From Macrostomum lignano (Eukaryota), in the NCBI GenBank assembly GCA_002269645.1, contig NIVC01002816.1, positions 1 to 48,726 of the forward strand: DNA of 48,726 bases, written 5' to 3'. Positions 24,217-36,200 of the stretch are shown here, piece after piece. Positions within the stretch are counted from its first letter, which is position 1; every line of letters starts with the position of its first letter. The notes below the pieces were generated by a model. The model did no database searches. It worked only from the letters and a program-made list of their open reading frames with translations, and was not told the DNA's origin. A program made the translations under genes and the position numbers.

Positions 24217-25465
24217 TGTCACAGAACTCTAGACGCAGCGGAGCGCGAGGATCTAGGTCACCGTACCGTGTTGCAGCCAGAACCCGTTCTGCTCATAACG
24301 GAGGTGCGGGTCCAGCACAGACTGCAGACAATCGAGCTGCCGGCTAAAAAGCTTTGCGGTACAATATATATGGGCGCTGTGTTCCACTCGGTGGTTTCAG
24401 GGGCCCAGTAAGTATCAGGTTTATTACGCTCCCTAGCGTCTTGCCACATGGTGTTCTACGAGCGAACCGCACCACGTCCTGGGTGTGGTTCAGCGTTTCC
24501 GGTAGTGCGAGAAGCCAATGGTCAGCGCTTTTTGCGCCTACTCAAAGTCCACACTGCACGGCCCGTAACGCCGGTCTGCTTCAGTGATGGACCGGCGCGT
24601 CGTCGTCGACAGCGTCCAGCTGCCGCTAGTTCAAGGCGTGCAAAAGCTTCCTCAGCGTTGCCCGTGGGCCATCGGTTTTTCGTGAGGTGCTCCGTGTTGA
24701 ATCACGTCTGCCTGATGGTGGAATCGCTCTGCTAGATAGACATGCTTTTGCCGCGCCAATTCGAAATAGCGGGACCGTCTGTTTAACAGCGGCTCTCATG
24801 CTGATGTCTGAGTACTCCGCCTCGCGTTGATCGCGAAGGCGCCTGCAAACTGTTCGTGTGGTAGTCCAGCAGAGCGCAGTAGTAGCGTCGTGGCAGCTCC
24901 TTTAGGTCAGTAGAGCTGTTTATTGAGGCGCAGGTTCTTTAGAGCATCTAGGTTGGCGTTCTCGCGTCCGGTGACAAAGGCCGAGCGTTCGTGATTCCAC
25001 AAATAATGCGTTTAGGTCTCAGAGCACCACCAGCGTGTCCCCGCTTGGCACTTTCTCCAGCTGCCCACGCTAGTGCTTCATATGGGTGAGTCGTTGGCTA
25101 AGCGCAAAACAGCTGGATGCAGCCAGCACGCAGGTGCAGGTCGACTCGCAACTGGCGTGGGGACAGCGACACCCAGTGCCGAATGCGATGTCCGATCCGA
25201 ATGCAGTTGCAAGCCGGCCTTCCAAGCCTTTGTGACTTTTTCTACCCTGCAATCGCTTCTCGCATCTTGTTCATTTGGCCAAAGTACAACAGAAACATAA
25301 AACGCTTAAAACTTACCGGGTTCTAACACCTTGGATACAGAGTCTGAGAAGTAGACTGAAGTCCTGTACTTTTGGGCGTAAGCAGAGAACATATTGCTCG
25401 CATATAATAAATAATTAAATTTGCGATAATTAATCATTAATAATTAATTAAAAGATTCCGTGACA
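24217..25465 (-). mobile_element. Candidate 1249-bp 5' LTR of the Gypsy relic
   Basis: The minus strand starts TGTCACGGAA and ends TTCTGTGACA (TG..CA, 9/10 terminal inverted repeat). It is followed by CGC-TGG and then gag. The second LTR is absent, so no TSD can be checked. Confidence 0.6.
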
Positions 25466-27946
25466 TCGCTCCCTTCTGGTCCTTGTTAGGACCTAAAAAT
25501 TTTGTATGCAAATAACACTAATGAATCATTCTTTATTCAACACTCCACCCTACAAAACGTTAAGAGTGCTGTGGATGGCTTACGAAGAGTACGAGCTGCT
25601 TCACGCATGCTACACCGATCTGTTCGCCGATCCGAAGCGTCGCAACTGCGAGGCCAGGGTGAAGTCTTACTGGCGCACGTTCGTGCTCAACGCTAAACCG
25701 TCGGAGCCGCACAATCATGCCGAACGTCTGTGGCGTCTGACTAAATTGGAACGGGAGGAACACCTGGCTGAGAAGGCGCGACTGCCCGTTGATCCGGTTT
25801 GGCCCATAGTTTTTTAATTCTATGGGGATTCAAATCATATCAAATCCACGAGCTTTGATAAAACCTAATGACTGCAATTACAATATTAGCTGTGAACGAT
25901 TTAAATAATTTACTTGATTACACAATTAGTCGAATGAGCCAAATATCTGGTGCTTACTATGTTTAGAGTAGTACATCATCATTTAGTCTTGAGCTGCTTC
26001 TCGTATGCATGCATGGAAAGTACGAGAAGAAACGAATGTGTTTGATTGTACTTTGATTCGCATGTGATCTAAATGAGGGAACAATTTTTTGAAGACCCGC
26101 AATTGCAAAATACAGTTTATTATAGTCCTCTAAGGTTCAATAAATGTAACATTTCTTTAAAATTTTTGTGTTACCATCGACAAAACCCACCAAAAGTACG
26201 TCCAGATAATGACACAAAAATGCAGATGATTGTTTGCCAGTCTCAGGTGGAATTTCTAAAATAAGTAGGATGATGACAAACCTTTAAATCAAAATAGGGC
26301 AAAACACATGCTTTATTTTAAATTCGAATCTTCAGAAGCTGAGGCATTATCAACTTAGTAGAAAAAAAACTATCTAATTCCTATCTGGCAAATTTTGCAG
26401 CGGAGACTGGCTTCCAGAGAAAATCCATCGATTTTCAAGTGCAGGGCCCTGCTGCTTTACCTGTGTATGTATGCTTTATTCATGATCGTGTCGTGAATAT
26501 GCGTGGTCGTTGCTGAAAGAATCATTACGGACTGGATTTAACCAATTTTGCAGCTGTACTTCTCAGGATTCCACCTTCCCATTTACTGTCAATCAGGTTG
26601 CCCCGCTGCGTCGCCCGATATTGGCCACATTGCTGGACCCATTCGGCTACGTGAAATGCCGCTGCGTTCACTGCGCCTACCTGGACGCCGTCATGGACTA
26701 TCGGGTGGCGCTGTTTGGCTTACTGACCGAGTACTGCGAGCTTTTTGAGGACTACGCCAGGCTGGTGTGGTCCTCTAGTGCTGAGGTGCTACTAAGCGGG
26801 TTTGCTTTTTATATAAATGTGTATTTTAGTGCACTAAAATATATCGATTTAACGTTTCGATTCGATTCGATTCCACCAACCATCCTGTCATAAATTGCTC
26901 ATGGACAACTATAATAGAAGAAGTCTAAACTCGCAAATTTCATGATTTTTACTGTATTTCTTTCTGCAAAATGAATTTGCGAGATACGAATTTTTCAAAG
27001 TAAGCTTTGCAATTAATTAATTTTTTATAAAACTCTTTTGCTTCTATCTGGGAACAAACTTTTTTTAAACGAGTTTCCCCCACTGAATGTTGTTTATGGT
27101 TCATCTAGAATGCACAGTAAAATGGTGAATAAAAATATCATTGCTTGGTGGGTGGAACTTTTGACTGTTGTTGGATATATTATTAAGATTTTTCCAGTTG
27201 GATCATGGATCAGTTCAACGAAGACGACCGCGACTGCAAAAGGATTGGAACTAATGAACAAATTAATTTATCGGTAGTGCAGTCAGTCGAGCTACTGTTT
27301 GGTGAACAACTAAAGCTTGAGGGATATTGCTAGTGTTATCGCTGACCGCTGTGTTGCTAGGGAATTTTTATGGAAAACGTGGACCAAAGTTTTCTTCATA
27401 AGCAGCAAAACTTTCTCCCTTTGTACTAACACGCTACGATACTATGGGGTTGTTTTCTGATTTTAACACAGTATTGTTGTTTATAAAGTTTCAAGTAAAT
27501 GCACAGTCAAGTATAAAACATTAAATTCGATCGTATATGATATTAGTCTAAGACTTTCATGTTTTCACGAGTGCAAAGCTCAAACCAAAAATTCATTATC
27601 GTGCGTACGTGCAAAATTGCATCAACTTTAGTGACCCAAAGAAGCCCGGAGAAGCAGATAGATGTAGGAGTATGAGAGAAAGAAAGAAAAACAGAGTGCA
27701 CAAATTTAGTCCCTCTGTCACTATTCTATGCAAAGCGCCAAAAGGTACGCTGCCTGCTGTACATACATGTACAGCCAGTTGTACGCACGCAAGCGAACAG
27801 AAGATAGCATAGAGGCAGAATATACTTCACGCACTCGCTGACAAAAAGCGTTGCTAAGATTTCAAATTAAGGCGAGAGAAGCGTTATACGAGACTGACTA
27901 TAAGTATTTTACAAGATCTGCAGCAAAATATCTCAATTCGTATTTA

Positions 27947-29293
27947 ATGTTGAAGGCAAATGAGATGAAAGACAAAGACGATGTCTCCGATGAGTCTCCA
28001 GTGGCTGGGGAGGCACCCACCGCGCAGATATTCAGTATCGATGGAGCAGTGCTGGATGCAGCGGAAGCCGCTCTTTCACAGGCGAGATCGCGGGTAAGAG
28101 AAATTCGATGTCTTGCATCATCATCATCGATCTCGCCAAATCAGCAGAGACTTCTGCTGAACTGGACTGAGCATTTAAAAAGTCACTTGACGGATGGCCT
28201 GCGAGATTCAGTTGGAGCTGCAGCTCTGTCAGATAGCAAAATGCCTGAATCGAAACTGGTGGCGCGAGTCTCTCTGGTCCAGTCAGCAGTTGACGGCTTC
28301 GTTGCCATATCAGCCTGTCACGTAGAATGCACTGAGGGCTACGAAAGCGATGCTGGAGGAAGCATTTTTGAGACTAGTGCATCAACGACCCGCATTGAGC
28401 CCCGGCCCTTGCCAGGCTCCTGTGTGGCCGTCTTGATGACTCCTAGGGAGTCCCGTCGACGAAGTGTTTGCACTGGTAGGATTGCTTTCTGCCCACACCC
28501 GGCCCAACATAAGTACTCGAAGCGTTTTCTGCTGATGTCTCACACTGGAGGTAGCGAACTGAACGATCGGCCTCTCCGAATAACAGCTTGTCCGGCTGCT
28601 CCGCAACTCTTCATGCTGACAGCTACTCAAAGACGGCTTTGTGTCAGACAGTGTGGCTTAGATGGTGCCTGCCTGCAGTCGGCAGAGCTCAAAGATTTTT
28701 TTCACGGCATTGAGCAACCAAACTGACCGGACCCATCCAGTGACGAAGCCTCAGAACTTGACAAAGATCGATGCTACGAAGAAGATGCTCGAATAGAAGC
28801 AGATTCGAAATATATTGTAGTGTTCCACGGCGGGTCCAAATCATCTACTACCAGGCACGTTCCTCAGGTGGTTGTTCTGCTGGATCGAACCAGCCTGCGA
28901 GTTTTGCAACGATTGCAGCTACCGCAGGAGTCGTGGGCTCTCCATGCCACGCCAAGATTACTTTGGCTTCGTCATGGGGGTCAGCTAAAGCTGGTGAGCC
29001 AAACAAGTCGCCGAGTTGGACACGAGTGGGCCGAGGCAGATTGCTTCGGGCCCGGTGGGCTGTTCTACGCGGCAGACGCGACTGAAGTGGTCGCCAGAAG
29101 CCAGTGCCGGGACAGCGTGTGGCTTGCGGTAGCAAGCGAGAACAGCGTTCGATTGTTCGACAAACAGATGCGCCCTGTGTCTCGAATCTCGTTGCGTTAT
29201 CCAACAGCCGTTTGCTGCTGTGGAACTGGTGATGGTCGGATTCTGGCAGTTTGCGATGCGGCCGCTCATGAATTGCTGCTGTTTCGATTGTAA
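27947..29293 (+). CDS. Intronless ORF: helical/coiled-coil N-terminus plus NHL/beta-propeller-like C-terminus, interrupted by one in-frame TGA (28724-28726)
   Basis: ORF-track entries 27851-28726 and 28820-29293 share a frame, and the sequence between them is open except for that TGA. The C-terminal YPTAVCC..DGRILAVCDAAAHELLLF resembles an NHL blade. Confidence 0.6.
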
Positions 29294-30256
29294 AAGTACA
29301 AGACTGTTCAAGCTTGAAACTTTAGACATTGATTCATTACACAATTTTATAAGAAACTTCGGCGCTTGTAATATATTGCTCCACTCCTTTATAGACAGCT
29401 AGAAAATCTTTGCTCTCATAGTACCTCGTAAATGACTGAATCTAAGTTTTGTTCATATGGAAAGTTTATTTTTTCAGCAGCTTGATGCACAATCATTTTT
29501 ACCTTGCTTATGTTACAATAGCATTCAGTGAGCAAACTCCCAATCCTTTAGTGGACTCTTGCTCCGTGATTTAACTATGGGAATTAGCCTGATGTACCAC
29601 AAGTTAGATTAGGTCCCATGTTCCTAAGCATGTAATGGCGTCCAATAAGTTAAAATTCAAATTTCAACCAATAATGACGCGATGCAAAAGTTTTTATGAT
29701 TCCATTATCTGCGCACATGGAATATTGTAAAGTACGCGTAATTTTTTCAAGGAAAACAAACTACGTAATAATGATTGTGATCAAGTTTAATTGCATGTAT
29801 TAATTAGTTACTTCGCTGTCATATTTATTAATTGTATACCACATAGGCTACTTAAAGTAAAGCTCAGGGTAAATTGACGGCAAGAAGTGAATACGAGCTA
29901 AGAGCTGGTTGACAAACACTAAATTAAAACGGAGAAAACGGTAAAATGTATTGATGAAATATGAGGTCCTTTGGTCAGATAGTAGTACCATACGTATCTT
30001 ATTGTGCTTTAGGTATACAAACAATGCTTGTTTGTCTTAGTGCCGAAATATGACTTGATTCGATCAACCTAGCTAATTTTAACCATACGAGTAAAATTCT
30101 ACGAACCGAGGAAAAACTTTTAATATGCTCAAGCAAGTAAAATAGCAAAATCTGGAGATTTTTATGTGGGACTTCTTAGTTAGCTTTACAAAACAAAAAC
30201 TTGTATACTAAAAGATCGAGTAGTTTTGAATAAGGATTTTTTAATCCGTAAACTAT

Positions 30257-33200
30257 TTAAGTGGACGAGCAGGTGAAATACGGTCTGAGTATGATTTTAA
30301 AAACAACAACTTTTGAGAGGCTGTTCAGCAGGCAGTAGCGCTTTGAGCCGGGCGAGCAGGGCTGCACCGTGGGCTTGCGAAGTCGCTTCACCACCGGCCT
30401 GTAGGTCTTTCGGTAGCTCAGCTCCGGAGTGCAGTTTCTGGAGAAGTCACGATTGTTGTGATTGTGTCAAGACAAAGTTTAGCCTCACGGGTCCGCTGAA
30501 GCTTAATAGATTTCACATCTAACTCAAGCCATTTCTCATTTTCCATTCAATTTTTTATTTAACTTACCTCCACTTCACCCAACTCAGCAATTATTTTGTC
30601 TAGACTAATGCAACACTCTCCACTGTAATATATGCAGCACCAATACACCCGAATCTCCTTCATTCTACTCCACCCACTCCAATTCAATCCAGTTCAGTCC
30701 GCTCCTCTCTCTCCTTTCCATTCTCTTCCCATCCCTCCACTCCAATCCACTCTTCTCCCCTCCATTCCACTTCACTTCTCTCTACTCCACCGTTTCCCTT
30801 TCCTACCCCTTCACTCCAATAATCCAGTCCAGTCCACTCTTTTTATTTAATTCCATTTCACTCCACTCCACTCCCCTCCCCTCTCCTCCAATCCTTCCCC
30901 TCTCCTCCAATCCTTCCCCTCTCCTCCAATCCTCTCCCCTCTCCTCCAATCCTTCCCCTCTCCTCCAATCCTTCCCCTCTCCTCCAATCCTCTCCCCTCT
31001 CCTCCAATCCTTCCCCTCTCCTCCAATCCTCTCCCCTCTCCTCCAATCCTTCCCCTCTCCTCCAATCCTCTCCCCTCTCCTCCAATCCTTCTTCTCTCCT
31101 CCAATCCTTCCCCTCTCCTCCAATTCTCTCCCCTCTCCTCCAGTCCTTCCCCTCTCCTCCAATCCTTCCCCTCTCCTCCAATCCTTCCCCTCTACTCCAA
31201 TCCTTCCCCTCTCCTCCAATCCTCCCCCTTTCCTCCACTCTATTCCCCTCAATTCAATTCCACTCCGCACCAATCCGCACCAATTCACTTCACTCCATTC
31301 CAGCCCACATAAGCTCCATCCGGTCGCCACTCACCGTCGTTGACATCTGGCTCCGTAAAAGCCAACCCGACACCTGCAGAGACCGTCGGATTCGATACAG
31401 CGCCCACCGTTCAAGCAGAGGCTGCGGTGGCAGCGAACCCGATGACAGAACCGACCGCGATAGCCAGGTGGGCAGGAGCATTTGCCGGGGCGAATGCAGG
31501 TGCCGCCGTTCACGCAGGGTGGGTAGCAGTCCGCTGAAGCGGGTGAAAGTGGCATGTGAACTGCAGTCTGAAAAAATTCTATTTTTACATTCGTTTTCTG
31601 ATCTAAATTTAGTAGTGATCATTAGAAACAGTTCTACAATGTCTCATTAATAAAAAATAAATAAATCCTATTTAATACATGCTATATTAGGCATTCGACG
31701 CCCGCAATTGGAATGTAAGCAGAGTTGGATGCGGTAAGTACGCAACACAGAAGCCGCTTGTGTCACCCCTCAAAGCAGCCAACGTATGCGAGGGATAAAC
31801 TATGAAGAGTTCAAGTTCTATGGTAGTTCTCTGACGCACGCACACGAGACATACGAGAGCTCGGTAGAAATGCAGATAGAGCTGCGACTGAGCAAATTCT
31901 ACACAGCTCTCGTATGCGTCGCGCAATGACAGCGGTAAAGACGCTCAATACTAACTAGGCATTTTCCATGAATGAGGATCTTTCAAATTCGACTTTAAGA
32001 TGCAAAAAGTTCATCTAGAAAGTAGCCAGAGGCGGACCAACCTGTCTGGCACTGGGTGCCCGAAAATCCGGCAGCGCATGCACACAGGTTTGGGCCGACG
32101 CAAGCTCCACCGTTTCGGCACTGCGGTCGGCACAACGGCTTCCGACATCGACGCCCGGACCAACCCATCGGACAGCGACAGTCACCGCCAGTGCGCGGGT
32201 CGCAGACTCCGCCGTTGCGGCAAACAGTTGCGCTTTTGCGCCTACGGCGTCCCCTACCGTACGCCCGACGCCGGCAGTCGAATTTCCATCGACGCCTCGG
32301 AGGAGAAGCCGTCGGTAATGGAAGTTTCGGCTGCGTTGGCACCGGCTGCTCTGACAGGACCGTCTGGCAGCGGTCACCGGTGTACGAAGTGGGGCAGATG
32401 CAGCGAGATTTGTAGCAGAATCCGCCGTTGAGACAGGAGCTGCAACCGGCGGCAGATCCGGCGCTGTGGTCAGGATTGCATAGCGGCAGGCTGGGACAGG
32501 GTCGGGACTCGACTGGCGGGCGGGACCCGGCAGGATGGCAGCTGTCGGCTGGTGAGTTGCCACGGCACAAAGAGTGGCGGCTGCGAATGCCTTCGCCGCA
32601 GGTGGCGCTGCAGGAGCTCCAGGCGGTCCAGTAGGTTGGAGGCGGAGTCTGTTTAACGAGACAGTTCAGGCTCAATTATTTCGCTTCGCTTTGGGCACTA
32701 CGCAAAAAACAAGACGACATTCGACAGGCAGCCAGCAAGGAGATCAAAATTTATGCCCATTTTTCTCATCCCTGAGCATCCGCTCATGCCCACAAAGGCG
32801 CACGCAGGTCACACAACGCTCACACTGAGTGTACAGTGGCCCTGAAATTCTCATCTTTAGGCATGTGAACTCTGTCCCTTGGGGGTTGATTAGCAAGATA
32901 GGTGATCGTTAGTTTGATTTTTTCAAGAGACTGCTGGAAAGTCGAAAGCACTGTGTGTTCTTCAAACGAATTTATCACGGGGAGCATTATAAACGTTCCA
33001 ACTACACTTCAACGGGACGTGAACTTCACTTTCATATGGCACTTTGGGCAGGTCCTATTCTCGAAAGCGATCTTTGGTCTCGCAGTCCTCATTGTTTCGC
33101 AGGCCAATTTATGGTCTGCTAATCTAAACTGTGACATAGGGTGCACTTGAATTCTGGATTGGAAATTTCCAGGAGATGATAGTACCGTTTACGTACGTAC

Positions 33201-36200
33201 GCAGTCATACGCACAGGCACACTCACACAGGAGTGTACAGCGGCCCTAACTTTATTTTATCCTTAGGTATGTACACTTCACTGTGCCTTGATGGTTGGCC
33301 CTCAAGGGCGGTATTAGCACGAGCAGACCCAAGCCCCAAATTAATGTGACTGAACATGAAACCCAGCCCAGGCCGCTAGCACATAGGAGCGCCGCCGCGT
33401 TAGACCGCAGAGCTGCGCCCCCCCCCCCGTTATTAACGTTTATTCTGCATTAGAAATTGTCATTGCAACGAGACAGCTGATTGTTAAGTTAAATGAAATA
33501 TCGAAGCTGTAAATAAATGCAGGCATACATGTACTCCTTTCGTGTCCCTGCAAATGCATATTGGAACTTCAATTATAATATTTTTCTCTGTCAAAACGCA
33601 AGAATTCAAATCGATGACCTACCACTTTTTGTTCCTCGGAACAGTCTGTTGCCTCGGACCATGGCACAAAATTCGCACTTAGAAGAGCCTGCAGTTATTT
33701 TGCTTATTTGTTATTTTGTATTCAACTCTCATTAGTATATGCAAACCAGTTATCGTTTAAAACGTACCTTTCTAGGTGTCAAAATGAACTTCGAACCAGC
33801 ACCGGGAACTGGCACGCTACCAGAGGACAGGCATTCGATTGAGAATTCAGCAAAGCTGCCTTCGCTTTCATTTGCAATTATTCGCAAATAAATTGCAACT
33901 GATGGAGCCGTTGAAATATCTCTCCACATGCTCGAGGCAGACGTCATGGTGAGGACTGAGACGTGATCTTCAGCAACAGTTTCCATGGCGACTCGAATAC
34001 CAGACAAAATCGGAGATATCATCAATGCCAGAGCCGTCTCCTTGGAGAATTTTTCGATGCGTTGATTATCGATTGGAATGGCAATTGACTCATTGCTTGT
34101 ATTTTTAGCATTCAGCTGTTCACCGAGAACTTCTGTCTTAACTGGTCGCATGGCTGAAAATCCAGAATTTTAAACCTTCACTTTTCTATTGCTGCCATTG
34201 ACAAATTTAATTAAGCTGTCAAAATAAAAATTAAAGTTAATATGCTACGAATTTTATATGCAGTAGAACAGATTGTTTCTTCAATTCAGTTCTACATTTT
34301 TGTCTCATTTTCAGTTTTGAGTATAGGAATGCAGTGGTCCGACTTTGACTCTGAAAGGAACCACTACGAGCGTACAGCAAACACAACAACCAGCAGGTTA
34401 CCTATAAAACTTTTTTCTACAGGCAAATCCAACGAAAAGGTTGAGTTTGGTTTTTCTGTTTAAAATAAGACAATATGGACGTCCTGAAGGCCAAATGTCT
34501 TTGGCTCTTAATAAATTAAAAATCTGTTTCAGCCCATGGAGGCATGGGTGCTTGATATCTTGGTCTTCAAGGCGGTTTTTTATTTGAATTTTGGAATTTA
34601 ATTTTTTAATGTTGACTGCCCAATTTTTGTGGGAATACCGAAAGTTGAAAGAAAATTATCAGAATTTTAATTTTTTAGAATTTTGCGTGGAGCTAGACTT
34701 TTGTCCTTTGAACATGTATTAAATATTACAATATATTGTATTGTATTTGTAACTATGCGAGCTATATTATATACTCTTTCTTTCCAACAGCTGCGAGCAT
34801 AGGCTGGAAACCCAATACTGTAGAGCTTTGGGTCGGCAAACTTTTTAACCTCAAGGACCAGATCGAAAACCCAGAGCATGACTGTTGGCCAGACAGAGAA
34901 GGAATAAAGAAGAGAGAGGAGAGAAAGGAGAAAGGAGAGGCGAGAGAATAAATGAGAGGAGACGAGACGAGACGAGATATTAAATAGAAGAGAATATAGG
35001 AAAGAAAGGAGAGAAGATTAGAGAAGAGAGATGAGAGAAAAGGAGGACTGAGTACTGAAGAGAGAAGAGGAGCGGAGAGAAGAGGAGAGAGGAAAGAAGA
35101 ATAGCAGGGGAGAGAGAAGAAAAGCGAAAAGAGGCGACTTTACTGGAAAGCTGAGATTCTGAGATCTGAGATCTGAGATGAGCACGGATAGAGACACAAG
35201 CCTTATGATGGCAGCGGATTGTTATCCGTGCAGTTTCAAAGGACCAGAGACGCTTTGCCAGCCGCATGTGGCCCAAGGGCCGGAGTTTGAAGACCCCTGC
35301 TGTAGAATAATGAAATTTTCTGTTTAGAGAAACATGGTCCGGAAATTCCCTCCGACGAACTCCATATTAGATTCCCATATCAATGGCAACAAAGGTTACC
35401 TGTTAGAGGTTTTAAAAACAAGGTTTGCATTTAGAATGTCTTTACTGTAAAACATTTTCTCTTTATTCCTGTAATCGGTGAGTCCAAACGGAGCGGAATT
35501 CTCACCTTCGCAAGGCCACCTATTGCACTGACGAGTCTGTTTGGCGTCCCCGTAGTCGCAAGGCGGTCCGGCGCAATTTCTGACTCTCTGTCTGATGCCA
35601 GCGAGGCCGCAGCTGCCGCTGCAGGCCGTCCAACTTGACCAGCTGAACCAGCCTGAATTGTGGGGGAGAAAATTCCCATGTTTTTTTCTTACTGAGCTCA
35701 TTAATGAAGGGTAAAATGTCGCTCAGCAGTCTATAATGAGTTATAGTTAACATATAGTCTTTGCTTCAACTGTGCAATAAAGCAGTGATCTCGGAATCGC
35801 TCACCCAAGGCCGTCGCAGCTCTTGCCAAATTCGATTCTGTCAACTGGGCTGTCGCGGCAGATGGTCTGGCATAAAAAGCCATGAGCCTGGAGCCCGACT
35901 TTGACAGGAAAAATATCAACCAGTCATCTTGAAAAACTTCGCTCAAGCAGCTAACTGGATCTCCGTATTCGTCAATTACCACTGTGCGATCATTGGTATC
36001 ATCAAAGGCGCTTCGGTTGCTAAGGGGCAACAATCCATTACCCTTCAGCACCTCGAGCACTTGAATTTCGGCTGAGTAGCTTCTCCTTGAGCCACTGCCT
36101 GAGCCACTCGCGGTTGTATTGAGCACATGTCCAGTGAGCACAATCGGAGAAGACTCTGCCAAATCTTCGATACTTTTTGAGACGCCGCTGCCTCTGCTAC

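Larger units (their letters stand above)
22981..27333 (+). pseudogene. Putative 4-exon orphan gene or pseudogene. Exons ~22981-23303, ~25556/25565-25796, ~26567/26597-26799, 27198-27333. In-frame TAG at 23176-23178.
   Basis: GC-rich, protein-like segments can be joined phase-consistently (2,0,2). The frame continues past the TAG to a GT donor at 23304. The exon-2 acceptor is weak or mutated. No family recognised. Confidence 0.4.

Noticed and set aside
29425-29490. SECIS element that would make TGA 28724 a selenocysteine
   Set aside because: ATGA-CTGAA...TTCAG pairs only briefly and the 3' GA does not abut the stem. The TGA also lies in a low-complexity linker, not a redox motif.
30803-31330. 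Three overlapping E/G/R-rich ORFs
   Set aside because: They are translations of the intronic polypurine minisatellite.
32000-32828. Several + strand ORFs (and similar antisense ORFs over NOL6, LMLN and OATP exons)
   Set aside because: Shadow frames of GC-rich coding exons, with no independent motifs.
32900-34151. Minus-strand ORF 33750-34151 and nearby CxxC fragments as the missing NtA-gene exon
   Set aside because: No phase 1-to-0 splice pair was found, and the composition suggests TE debris that I could not classify.
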